Assembly (NCBI GenBank): GCA_040220235.1 | Contig: JAVJTO010000123.1 | Reading direction: 5' to 3' (one strand) | DNA length: 64,000 nucleotides | From: Coleofasciculus sp. B1-GNL1-01 | GTDB taxonomy: Bacteria > Cyanobacteriota > Cyanobacteriia > Cyanobacteriales > Coleofasciculaceae | Part shown: one piece after another, positions 43,578 through 51,917 of the stretch | Layout of the letters: every line of letters starts with the position of its first letter | Position numbering within the stretch: position 1 is the first letter of the stretch | Notes under the pieces: model-generated | What the model was told of the DNA's origin: nothing | The model's database searches: none | What the model saw: the letters and a program-made list of their open reading frames with translations, nothing else | Program-made: the position numbers and the translations under genes

Positions 43578-45788
43578 TTATTGATTTTGAATCAAGGTTG
43601 AATACACACCCTCCACCTGCCACAAATCTTGATGAGTCCCTTGTTGCACAACCTTTCCCCGTTCCAAAACAATAATTTGATCACAATCTCGAATCGTACT
43701 TAATCGGTGTGCCACAATCAAACAAGTACAGCCACGCCGCCGCAGATTCTCGTCAATCATCCGTTCCGTTTCAGCATCCAAAGCACTCGTCGCTTCATCC
43801 ATAATCAAAATAGAGGGATTATTCACCAACGCTCTAGCAATTTCCAACCGCTGCCGTTGACCGCCACTTAAATTAGCCGCATTTGCGATCAATTGAGCAT
43901 CATATCCTCCAGGTAGCGAGACAATCACATCATCAATAACCGCATCCTGACAAGCGCGAACAAGATTTGTTTCCGGGATTGTGGGATTCCAGAGGGTCAA
44001 ATTATCCCGAACCGTGCCACCAAATAACTGAATCGTCTGCTCAACCATTGCTACAGAATGAGTGAGAACTTGATCCGGTATTTCAGTTCTAAGTTGACCA
44101 TCAAAATAAATATCTCCTGACCAGGGTTGATACAGTCCACTGATCAGTTTAGCCAGAGTAGATTTTCCCGAACCACTACTACCCACCAAAGCAATGCGCT
44201 GTCCCGGTAAAACCTTGAGACTAAAGTTTTCAATCAGGGGGGGATCAACTCGGCTGTAGCCAAACGTAATCGCCTGTAACTCAACATAACCTTGTAACTT
44301 GGGATATTGACTCTTGAACTTAGCAGGTTTTGGCGCAACCTGGGGGTCAATTGGGTTACACAAAACATCATCAAGGCGAATTAAATTCCCCTCCAGTTCC
44401 TGAAGCATACTAGCAAAACTGACTAAATTATTCACAGGCAACAAAAAGCTCTGCATTAACCCTTGAAATGCCACCAGCATCCCTATACTCAGATATCCAT
44501 CCATCACCCGCCACCCGCCAACCACTAATAAAACTAGGGACGAAAGCGCTGATAAAACGGTGGGTAATACCGAGAAAATCTGATTAGTAACATCCAATTC
44601 CTGCTGAGAATTAATCGCTTTCGTATAGTACCCCGCCCAACGAGAAAATACATCGGACTCTAAACCCGAAGCTTTAACCGTCTCAATACTTTGAAGCGCC
44701 GCAATAGACGCCCCCGCTGCCTTACCATGCTCTTGAATTAAGCGTTGATTCGCATCTTTGCGTTTCCGGGAGACGGACTGTAAGATAAAAACATTCACCG
44801 CCGCAAAACCAACAACAATTCCCGTCATAATTGGGTCATACTGTACCATGACTAGCCCATAAAAAATCACCATCACGGCATCAATTACCGTCGTCGTCAA
44901 CCGTCCCGACAGCACCTCCGCCACTTGGTCATTGAGACGACTACGATAAGTAATTTCTCCAGCAAATCGTTGGGCATAAAAATCAACCGGTAAGCGCAGG
45001 ATATGCCAGAGAAAGCGACTGGACATTCCCACAGACAGTTTCACCTTCAGGCGGCGCAAATACCGCAAGCGTAGCTGAGTCAACAGTCCTTGCAGAATCG
45101 CTGTAATTCCTACACCAATAAGTAACGGACGCAGCCATTGTTGGCGTCCCTGAATCAAGATTTCATCAACAAAGATTTGGCTAAAGACGGGAATTGCCAT
45201 GCCCACGAGGGTCAATAAAAATCCTGCCACTATGCAGTACATTAAAGCGCCCACTGTACCTTGTAGCCGTTCCCACAAGGCGAGAATTGTGCTAAATTTG
45301 CGCCCCCCTTTGACAAAATCAGAATTGGGTGTCATCACCAGGACGATACCTGTATAACTGGCATCAAATTCCGAGAAAGACACCGTTCGTGGACCTGTAC
45401 CCGGGTCATTTACGTAAACCTGTCGCTTACCAATTCCTTCTACAACTAAAAAGTGATTGAAATTCCAAAAAATAATATAAGGCGGGCGCAAATCTGGAAG
45501 GTCTTGGATTTCCTGTTTATAGCCTTGGGCGTCGAGTCCATAGAGTCTAGCCGCTTTAAGAATATTCGCCGCTTTACTACCATCGCGAGACACACCACAG
45601 GTTTGCCGCAATTCAGGTAGGGGGACGATGCGACCATAGTAACTTAAAATAATACCCAAAGCAGCCGCACCACATTCCCCGGCTTCCATTTGCAAAAGTG
45701 TGGGCGTTTTTACCCGCCTATGGCGACGTTTTAGCCGTTTTTTAAGGGATTGAAAAGGGGTAATGAATGTCACGAATACAGTCGTCAT
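43578..45788 (-). CDS. NHLP-type export ABC transporter with C39 peptidase (double-glycine leader peptidase)
   Basis: TPTLLQMEAGECGAA (Cys), FWNFNHFLVV (His), VNDP (Asp), CGVSRDGS, GSSGSGKST, LSGGQRQR. Start is ATG 45788 or GTG 45818. Confidence 0.95.
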   Translation of the reverse strand: MTTVFVTFITPFQSLKKRLKRRHRRVKTPTLLQMEAGECGAAALGIILSYYGRIVPLPELRQTCGVSRDGSKAANILKAARLYGLDAQGYKQEIQDLPDLRPPYIIFWNFNHFLVVEGIGKRQVYVNDPGTGPRTVSFSEFDASYTGIVLVMTPNSDFVKGGRKFSTILALWERLQGTVGALMYCIVAGFLLTLVGMAIPVFSQIFVDEILIQGRQQWLRPLLIGVGITAILQGLLTQLRLRYLRRLKVKLSVGMSSRFLWHILRLPVDFYAQRFAGEITYRSRLNDQVAEVLSGRLTTTVIDAVMVIFYGLVMVQYDPIMTGIVVGFAAVNVFILQSVSRKRKDANQRLIQEHGKAAGASIAALQSIETVKASGLESDVFSRWAGYYTKAINSQQELDVTNQIFSVLPTVLSALSSLVLLVVGGWRVMDGYLSIGMLVAFQGLMQSFLLPVNNLVSFASMLQELEGNLIRLDDVLCNPIDPQVAPKPAKFKSQYPKLQGYVELQAITFGYSRVDPPLIENFSLKVLPGQRIALVGSSGSGKSTLAKLISGLYQPWSGDIYFDGQLRTEIPDQVLTHSVAMVEQTIQLFGGTVRDNLTLWNPTIPETNLVRACQDAVIDDVIVSLPGGYDAQLIANAANLSGGQRQRLEIARALVNNPSILIMDEATSALDAETERMIDENLRRRGCTCLIVAHRLSTIRDCDQIIVLERGKVVQQGTHQDLWQVEGVYSTLIQNQ

Positions 45789-45863
45789 GATTCCAATTTT
45801 ATAGGCTACCAGTCTCACCCTGGGTTATCGAATCGGTTGCCAGATGGATAACTCATCACTGGG

Positions 45864-45985
45864 CTTTAATTAAAACAATAAGCCAATAAATTTTTCGATG
45901 CAGTCCCAGTTTCTGCCAAGGTTATGGTAAGAAGGGGACAGATTAATTACACAATCCGGTGATTGCCCTTACCGAAAACTGCCAC
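45864..45985 (-). promoter_or_regulatory. Shared 122-bp upstream element, before the C39 transporter
   Basis: CTTTAATTAA…GATGCA…GTTTCTGCCAAGGTTATGGTAAGAA…GACA…CCCTTACCGAAAACTGC aligns without gaps to 51011 and 56499. Confidence 0.8.
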
Positions 45986-46213
45986 CCTCGTTTACGTCGG
46001 GATTATGTCACCTTTGTCATGGTGTGGCACAGTAACAGTAAGATTCCCATCAGGGCGGGTTTTGTTGAGAGGTTATCGGTCAATATCAACATTAAATGGC
46101 TAAACCCGCCCCTACAATTGACCTCATACCCTCATCCCCTCTTATCCCCCTACTGGCTTGATACAGCTAAGATTGTGGAATAGATTTCACCATTGAATCG
46201 GGCGCACGTCGGT

Positions 46214-46465
46214 CATTGGTGTCAACTTAAGGTTAACCCCTCACCCCCAGCCCCTCTCCCACGCCGGGGAGAGGGGAGCAAGAGCATCCGATCCCCCTTC
46301 TCCCGTGCAACAAAAGCGAAGCATCTGCTGTCCTCCCCCCTCTTGTAGGGGGGAACGAGGGGGGTGGAGAAGGGGTTAGGGGATGAGGGGGAAATGTTGA
46401 GGAATAGATAGACACGGTGTAAAACCTTGCCAGCATTGGTTTTCGACCTTAAGTTGACACGGATG
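46214..46465. mobile_element. MITE with 19-bp imperfect TIRs and a 9-bp target duplication
   Basis: CATTGGTGTCAACTTAAGG … CCTTAAGTTGACACGGATG, flanked on both sides by CACGTCGGT (46205-46213 and 46466-46474). Related internal sequence at ~33170-33306 and ~38528-38650. Confidence 0.8.
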
Positions 46466-46540
46466 CACGTCGGTGCTAACCTACGGTTTCGGGGCTAATG
46501 GTTAATTCATCAAATAAGGTGTGCCACACCATTACTCTCT

Positions 46541-47986
46541 TTAATAAATGCCACTACTCGACCTAAGAATCGGTAGAATAAACGTAATTGGCGCTCGTTC
46601 TTCTATCGTCACGCGAACGGTGGTGGTGGTTCCCGAAGAGATGTTGAGTTCAGGTCCTTTAGAAGATGACCATTTGTAACCACTAAATGTTGTAGAATCA
46701 GGATGGAGGTCAGCGACAACTTGCATCAGTCCTGCTGGCTGATTGGATACCAAATCGGCGACGATTTCTGGATTACCGACAACCTTCGCGGCGGCGGCTT
46801 GGGTGATGGGAAAGGTGGAAATATCTTTAACGGTACCGACGATACCGCCAAAGCGTTCCCGCTTCACGGTTTGGGGTGTGATTTGTAGCGTCATACCGGG
46901 TTTAATTTTTTTGCCGTCGCCAACGGAGAAATAGGTAATTCCCACCATTTCGCTGTCGGGATGTGCCGCGTCTAGGGTTGCCAAACGGGTTCCAGGGTTG
47001 ACCACTTGTCCAGGATTAACCGCGAGTTCGACAATGCGTCCGCTGTGGGGGCTGATAATTTGGCTATTCTCATTTAATTGTACTTCCAGTTGGGCAATGT
47101 CGCGCTGAACCGCTTGAATTTCTTTCTGGCGCAGGGTGACGGCTTCTAAGTCTTCTTGGGCGAGATTGGCTTGGCGACTCTCGAGGGCTTGGAGTTGCGA
47201 TCGCAAGTTAGTAATAGTACTTAGGTTATCACGATAGGCTTTTTCTTGCTCGGTTGCTGTAACATCGAGTTCTGTTAACTGGGTTTGGAGTTTAGAGATG
47301 GTATCCTGGTTCTCTTGAACTTGCACTTGAGCATCCAGCAGAACATCATGAGTAATCACTCGTTCGGCAAAAAGTTGCTGACGGATGTCTAATCTCTGTT
47401 GATAAATAGGAGTCATCCCCTGAACTTGCTGTAAGCTTTGTTGCAGGCTTTGGCGTTGTTGTTTCAGAGATTCATTACTGGTAGTTTTAAGTAATGGGGT
47501 TAAGGATTGGAGTTCCTGAATCCGTTGCTGGAGGTATTGGCGTTGCTGTTGAATCGAGTGTTTTTCCTGTTCAATTCGCAGGGCTTGCAGTGAACTAACG
47601 GCTTGGTTTTGGGACTGGAGTTGGGCGAGTTTAGTTCGTTGCTGTTGGAGTTGTTTTTGGAGTTCAGTTTGGTTAATAGTTCCCAGAATTTGACCTTTTT
47701 TAACGGTATCTCCTACTTCGACAGTTAAATCGGATAATTGCCCGGAATTTTTGGATTGAAGTGGGACAACGTTGCTAGGGTAAACCAAGACACCGCGCCC
47801 TTCAATCGTGATGGGAATGCGTCCGTAAATACTCCAGAATCCCGCAGCGGCGACTAAAGAGGTTAAGGAGAGTAAAGGAAGCCAACTTTTGGGGTTGACG
47901 ACTTCCATAAGTTGGTCTAGCCGTTCGGGAGAGGATAAACGTTCTAGAGATTTTTCTCGAAATAGAGTTTGTTTTTGAGTTAGCAT
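46541..47986 (-). CDS. NHLP-system HlyD-family secretion protein
   Basis: LFREKSLERLSSPERLDQL, one TM helix, long coiled coil, KRERFGGIVG, YKWSSSKGP, APITFILP. Confidence 0.93.
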   Translation of the reverse strand: MLTQKQTLFREKSLERLSSPERLDQLMEVVNPKSWLPLLSLTSLVAAAGFWSIYGRIPITIEGRGVLVYPSNVVPLQSKNSGQLSDLTVEVGDTVKKGQILGTINQTELQKQLQQQRTKLAQLQSQNQAVSSLQALRIEQEKHSIQQQRQYLQQRIQELQSLTPLLKTTSNESLKQQRQSLQQSLQQVQGMTPIYQQRLDIRQQLFAERVITHDVLLDAQVQVQENQDTISKLQTQLTELDVTATEQEKAYRDNLSTITNLRSQLQALESRQANLAQEDLEAVTLRQKEIQAVQRDIAQLEVQLNENSQIISPHSGRIVELAVNPGQVVNPGTRLATLDAAHPDSEMVGITYFSVGDGKKIKPGMTLQITPQTVKRERFGGIVGTVKDISTFPITQAAAAKVVGNPEIVADLVSNQPAGLMQVVADLHPDSTTFSGYKWSSSKGPELNISSGTTTTVRVTIEERAPITFILPILRSSSGIY

Positions 47987-48110
47987 GATTGATTCAGAAG
48001 CATCCCCCGATTTGACGTCGGGGGAGTGTTAATTACAATCTGGTTAGTGTCAGGACTAAGCTGTTATGCATTTAGTTTTTTGACCCGAAAATCTTGAAGG
48101 AGTCTGGGCT

Positions 48111-48347
48111 TCAGAACAGCGTATAAGGGTATTTACTGAACTGCGGTTTTGCAATATACCATCCACCAGATACGGTTTCCAACTGTTCATCGGATAGTTC
48201 TTCCGCCCCAAGGCTAGCCGTCAAATTTTGGGTAGATTTCATGGCTTGGACTTCATCTAAGTTTTTTCCTCCCGTTGTTAATGACAACGATTGTGGCTGA
48301 GTTTTAGATTCAGACATCTTGGCAAAAAATGGATTGATGTTAGGCAT
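48111..48347 (-). CDS. Double-glycine leader peptide precursor 1 (core WYIAKPQFSKYPYTLF)
   Basis: EELSDEQLETVSGG cleavage motif. GGAG RBS. Adjacent to the exporter genes. Confidence 0.9.
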   Translation of the reverse strand: MPNINPFFAKMSESKTQPQSLSLTTGGKNLDEVQAMKSTQNLTASLGAEELSDEQLETVSGGWYIAKPQFSKYPYTLF

Positions 48348-48544
48348 TTGATTTTCTCCGTTATTTTTGCGGGTTATGAGGACTCTTTTATTACAAAAAA
48401 TAGAACAGTCTATTTTTTGGTGTCCTACTCCATTAATACTAATCGCAATCTATTCTAATTGAGTAGTACTATTTTTTGGTAAAATAGGATATTTATTTGA
48501 ATAAATATATTGATTTAAAAAATAAATTACACAAAATAAAAGCC

Positions 48545-48650
48545 GATCATTTTCTGGAACTGCCGACTTCCCTAACTTGGCTTATTTTTCAGAAAATTAT
48601 AAACGCTCTAGCAATTTTTTTTGAAATAGCGTGTGTTTTTGAGTCAGCAT
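48545..48650 (-). pseudogene. Degenerate duplicate of the hlyD 5' end
   Basis: Translates MLTQKHTLFQKKLLERL* versus HlyD MLTQKQTLFREKSLERL. About 70 bp upstream is also duplicated. Confidence 0.8.
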
Positions 48651-48831
48651 GATTGATTCAGAAGAATCCCCCGATTTGAGGTCGGGGGAGTGTTAATTAC
48701 AATCTAGTTAGGGTCAGGATTATGCATTAAGCTATAGTCCATTGTTAGCGGCTCATAACGTATCATTACCTTACCGTTATAGATTGCGTAGATACGTTAA
48801 TTGTGTTCGTTTAAATTTGGCTAAATTTCGG

Positions 48832-49050
48832 TTACCAAAAGGCAATCCAATAAGGATAAGATGAACCACCAGCTATAGTTTTCAACTGTTCATCAGATAG
48901 TTCTTCCGCCCCAAGGCTAGCTGTCAAATTTTGGGTAGATTTCATGGCTTGGATTTCATCTAAGCTTTTTCCTCCCATTGTTAATGACAACGACTGTTGC
49001 TGAGTTTGAGATTCAGACATCTTGGCAGAAAATGGATTGATGTTAGACAT
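48832..49050 (-). CDS. Double-glycine leader peptide precursor 2 (core SSYPYWIAFW)
   Basis: Leader nearly identical to precursor 1. EELSDEQLKTIAGG. Confidence 0.9.
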   Translation of the reverse strand: MSNINPFSAKMSESQTQQQSLSLTMGGKSLDEIQAMKSTQNLTASLGAEELSDEQLKTIAGGSSYPYWIAFW

Positions 49051-49327
49051 TTACTTTTCTCCGTTGTTTTTTTGGTTTATAAGGACTCTTGTATTACAAA
49101 AGATAGACTGTTCTATCTATTGGCGTCCTACTACATTAATACTAATCGTAATCTAGTCTGATTGAGTAGTATTGTTTTTCGGTGAAATAGGATGTTTTTT
49201 AGGGTTGAAATTTTCAACAAATGTGAATAACTAGAAAAAGAGGGTATAAACTACCCTCTGCTTTTGCAAAAATTCAGTCGCTTTTAAAGCGATTAAGCTG
49301 TATACCAATTAAAATGTCATAACAGCT

Positions 49328-49486
49328 TCACTTGTACCACCAGAAAAATAGACCCCCGGCAACAGTCTCCAATTGTTGGTCGGATAACTCTTTTGCTTTT
49401 TCCTCTTGGATAGGTCGGGCAAAGACTGTTGTTTTGGAGCCCGTAATGGCGACTTTATTGGTCAAAAATTGATTGATGTTAGACAT
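49328..49486 (-). CDS. Double-glycine leader peptide precursor 3 (core LFFWWYK)
   Basis: Starts MSNINQF (like MSNINPF) at ATG 49486 with a GAGG RBS. KELSDQQLETVAGG. Confidence 0.88.
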   Translation of the reverse strand: MSNINQFLTNKVAITGSKTTVFARPIQEEKAKELSDQQLETVAGGLFFWWYK

Positions 49487-49796
49487 GATATTTTTCCTCT
49501 TGTAGTTTGGCATCGAGCATTTGGGAACTTAAAGCTATCTTGGGTTTTGAAAAGATAATCTTTTCATTTTTGCTTTAATTCTGCTCTATTAATAATCTTA
49601 AGGGTTATAAGTACAGGTTTAATAGGACAAAATTTAGCTAATTAATTTAGACAAATACCTGTTATATGTAAGGTTTTGACAAAGTAAAATACCCAACTTT
49701 TTATAGAAGTTAGGCATTTAAGAGTAATGCAGATATAAGTTGATTTTTTAGTATCTCAACAGATCAAGAAATCAAGTTGTTGATTAAAGTCCATGA

Positions 49797-50933
49797 TTAT
49801 TGCTTATTCTTGCGTTTCCGCAGAGTATTTGCTCCCCAAGTACCAAAGATAAGAATCCCCAAAATAGAAGAGGGTTCTGGCACCGAAGCCGTAGGGCGAA
49901 CTTTACCCGCCATCACATCATCGATGAAACTGGCATAAGTGGATACTCGTGTAACACCAGCAAATTCACCGAAACTAGCATTAGCGACTCCTTCAATGAC
50001 AACATCTGTAATTGGATTGTCTGGGAACAGGCGAATGTTAATAATGCCATCTCCATCAGTATCCCAAACGTCAGAAAAACCAAAAGAGGTAATTCCGGCA
50101 ATCAACTTGTTCCCTTCGTCGTCGAGGAGGAATGAGGGTCCTCCTGAATCACCTGGTCCTGGAGTAACTTCGTTGAATCCTAACCCTAAGTCATGGATAC
50201 CAAAGTGGACACCAAAGGCATCATTTTCCGGATTGCCGTTGTCAAAATCAAACAACAACTGGCTTGTAGTATCTTTAGGAAAGAACTCTTCAGGTAGCTG
50301 AGAAGCACCTTGAAAAATATCAATAAATGCATCAAATTGATTCTGTCCAAAGCGTTTCCTGCCATCAAATAATGATTCATCGAATCCTTCAGAGCCAATG
50401 CCAGTATTGCCATATCCTACTATTGTAAAAATCTGACTAATTTCATCTGACCCTCGATAAATATCATATTGTTCAATACTTGTGGGAGCTGGTTTTGCCA
50501 GCTTTAATATAGCAATGTCACCTTCTACAGAGAATGTATTAAAATCTGGAAACACAAAAAAATCAGTAACGGCGATTTCCTCAAACATTGCATTTGTATT
50601 GGGTAAAATCGCAAAATCTGAAGAAAAAATTGGCTCGTTATCAAGATTAAAAATTGCTGTCGTACTTCCCACTGTATCTGGATAAAATTCTCCATCTTGG
50701 TTTATGAGACAATGGGCAGCTGTGAGCAGGTGTAACCCTCCAGGTAGAAGTGAACTACTACAATAAAATTTTCCAGCTTCTGTTAGAGCGGCAACGCCAC
50801 TAAAATCGAAAGGATCAACCAAAGCATTAACTGACTCATCCGGAGTAACAATGGCTTTGGCGACTTCTCCTGTGCCTAGGGTGACGAATGCTGTTCCCAG
50901 TACAGCGATTGATGCTTGCTTGAGAATTGACAT
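49797..50933 (-). CDS. Secreted S1 (trypsin-fold) serine protease with PEP-CTERM sorting signal
   Basis: Signal peptide ending …EVAKA. LTAAHC, GDIAIL, GDSGGP triad. VPEPSSILGILIFG…RKRK tail. Confidence 0.92.
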   Translation of the reverse strand: MSILKQASIAVLGTAFVTLGTGEVAKAIVTPDESVNALVDPFDFSGVAALTEAGKFYCSSSLLPGGLHLLTAAHCLINQDGEFYPDTVGSTTAIFNLDNEPIFSSDFAILPNTNAMFEEIAVTDFFVFPDFNTFSVEGDIAILKLAKPAPTSIEQYDIYRGSDEISQIFTIVGYGNTGIGSEGFDESLFDGRKRFGQNQFDAFIDIFQGASQLPEEFFPKDTTSQLLFDFDNGNPENDAFGVHFGIHDLGLGFNEVTPGPGDSGGPSFLLDDEGNKLIAGITSFGFSDVWDTDGDGIINIRLFPDNPITDVVIEGVANASFGEFAGVTRVSTYASFIDDVMAGKVRPTASVPEPSSILGILIFGTWGANTLRKRKNKQ

Positions 50934-51010
50934 TGATTCTTTATCTCCAAAACGACAATTTCCTGTTGTTCCTATCCTTGAGCGGTAATCTATCCGGGTG
51001 AAAACCTGTT

Positions 51011-51132
51011 CTTTAATTAATACGATAAGGAAACTAACTTAAGGATGCATTCCCTGTTTGTGCCAAGGTGATGGTAGAAACTGGACAAGTCAATGGCATA
51101 ATACTGTCACCACCGTTGCCGAAAACTGCAAA
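51011..51132 (-). promoter_or_regulatory. Shared 122-bp upstream element, before the protease
   Basis: CTTTAATTAATACGATA…GATGCATTC…TGCCAAGGTGATGGTA…CTGTCACC…TTGCCGAAAACTGCAAA. Confidence 0.85.
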
Positions 51133-51250
51133 CCCTACACTTGAGGAGAGCAATCAGGATTTTCTGCATCTGAACTGTGGCACTATTGATTGGGTTTCGG
51201 CGCGTCAACTCAACCTACGATTTCACGCAAGTTAGTTAAACTGTTATCAA

Positions 51251-51466
51251 TTAAAGGGTTTGGGAACGTAATTCCAATTGGAACAGTTCGCGAGATTCTT
51301 GTCGTACATCTCCTTCCATTGCGGCTTGTTGCAACTTCATGAAGGCATTGAGTTCGTCTGGTTCATAAGTTTTGCTTTGTAAACGCTGCCGCAGTTGTTC
51401 TTCAGCGGCTAAGGTTAGATAACCAATTGTCAATGCCTTTTGAACTAAATCACGAATCGATAGCAT
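51251..51466 (-). CDS. Small conserved cyanobacterial hypothetical protein
   Basis: MLSIRDLVQKALTIGYLTLAAEEQLRQ…AAMEGDVRQESRE. Paralog at 13436. AGGTGG RBS. Confidence 0.8.
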   Translation of the reverse strand: MLSIRDLVQKALTIGYLTLAAEEQLRQRLQSKTYEPDELNAFMKLQQAAMEGDVRQESRELFQLELRSQTL

Positions 51467-51704
51467 ATTACCACCTAAACCTGAAATGAGCAGATGCTGG
51501 ATTTTAGAAACAATTTTTATGTTATGTCCACTTGATTTATACTCTACAAAAACAAAAAAATGATGTACTTGTATTTTCGGTAAACTCTATGACTGAAATC
51601 AGATTATTCAGTTACATAAAGTGATAACTAGCTTGGCAGAAAAGTATAAGTAGCGACCAAGATGGTCGCACGACAAGGGTGTCGCAATTATTGACAATCC
51701 GGTT

Positions 51705-51902
51705 TACAGCGCTTTTCAAGTAAGTGGGTAAAGAGATCCCCGACTTCTCTAAAAAGTCGGGGATCTGTCTGTGTTCACTTATAGCAGTAGACACATCGAT
51801 TAGGACAAACAAACTGTTGTTCCAGACGTTCCGGCGGAACGTCTCTACCATAAGATGTGTCCTAACGGCTATGGCGGTTGCTATACTACCAAAAGCGCTG
51901 TA
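51705..51902. mobile_element. MITE (TACAGCGCTTTT…AAAAGCGCTGTA) carrying a nested MITE
   Basis: 12-bp perfect TIRs and an internal AGATCCCCGACTT…AAGTCGGGGATCT hairpin. Confidence 0.75.
51780..51885. mobile_element. ~106-bp MITE (TATAGCA…TGCTATA)
   Basis: TA-bounded ends, TAGGACA/TGTCCTA subterminal repeats, internal AGACGTTCCGGCGGAACGTCT palindrome. Inverted copy at 56094. Confidence 0.8.
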
Positions 51903-51917
51903 TCTGAACTCTCAACT

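Noticed and set aside
47998..48032. Hairpin as an IS200/IS605 end or as the precursor terminator
   Set aside because: It resembles such ends, but no tnpA/tnpB is present and there is no clear U-tract on the minus strand. It is recorded only as part of the duplication.
48111..49486. Assigning the precursors to microviridins, cyanobactins or lanthipeptides
   Set aside because: No PFFARFL leader or TxKYPSD core (PFFAK and KYPY in precursor 1 are only loosely similar), no ATP-grasp ligase, no PatA/PatG-type protease, no Cys and no LanM in the window.
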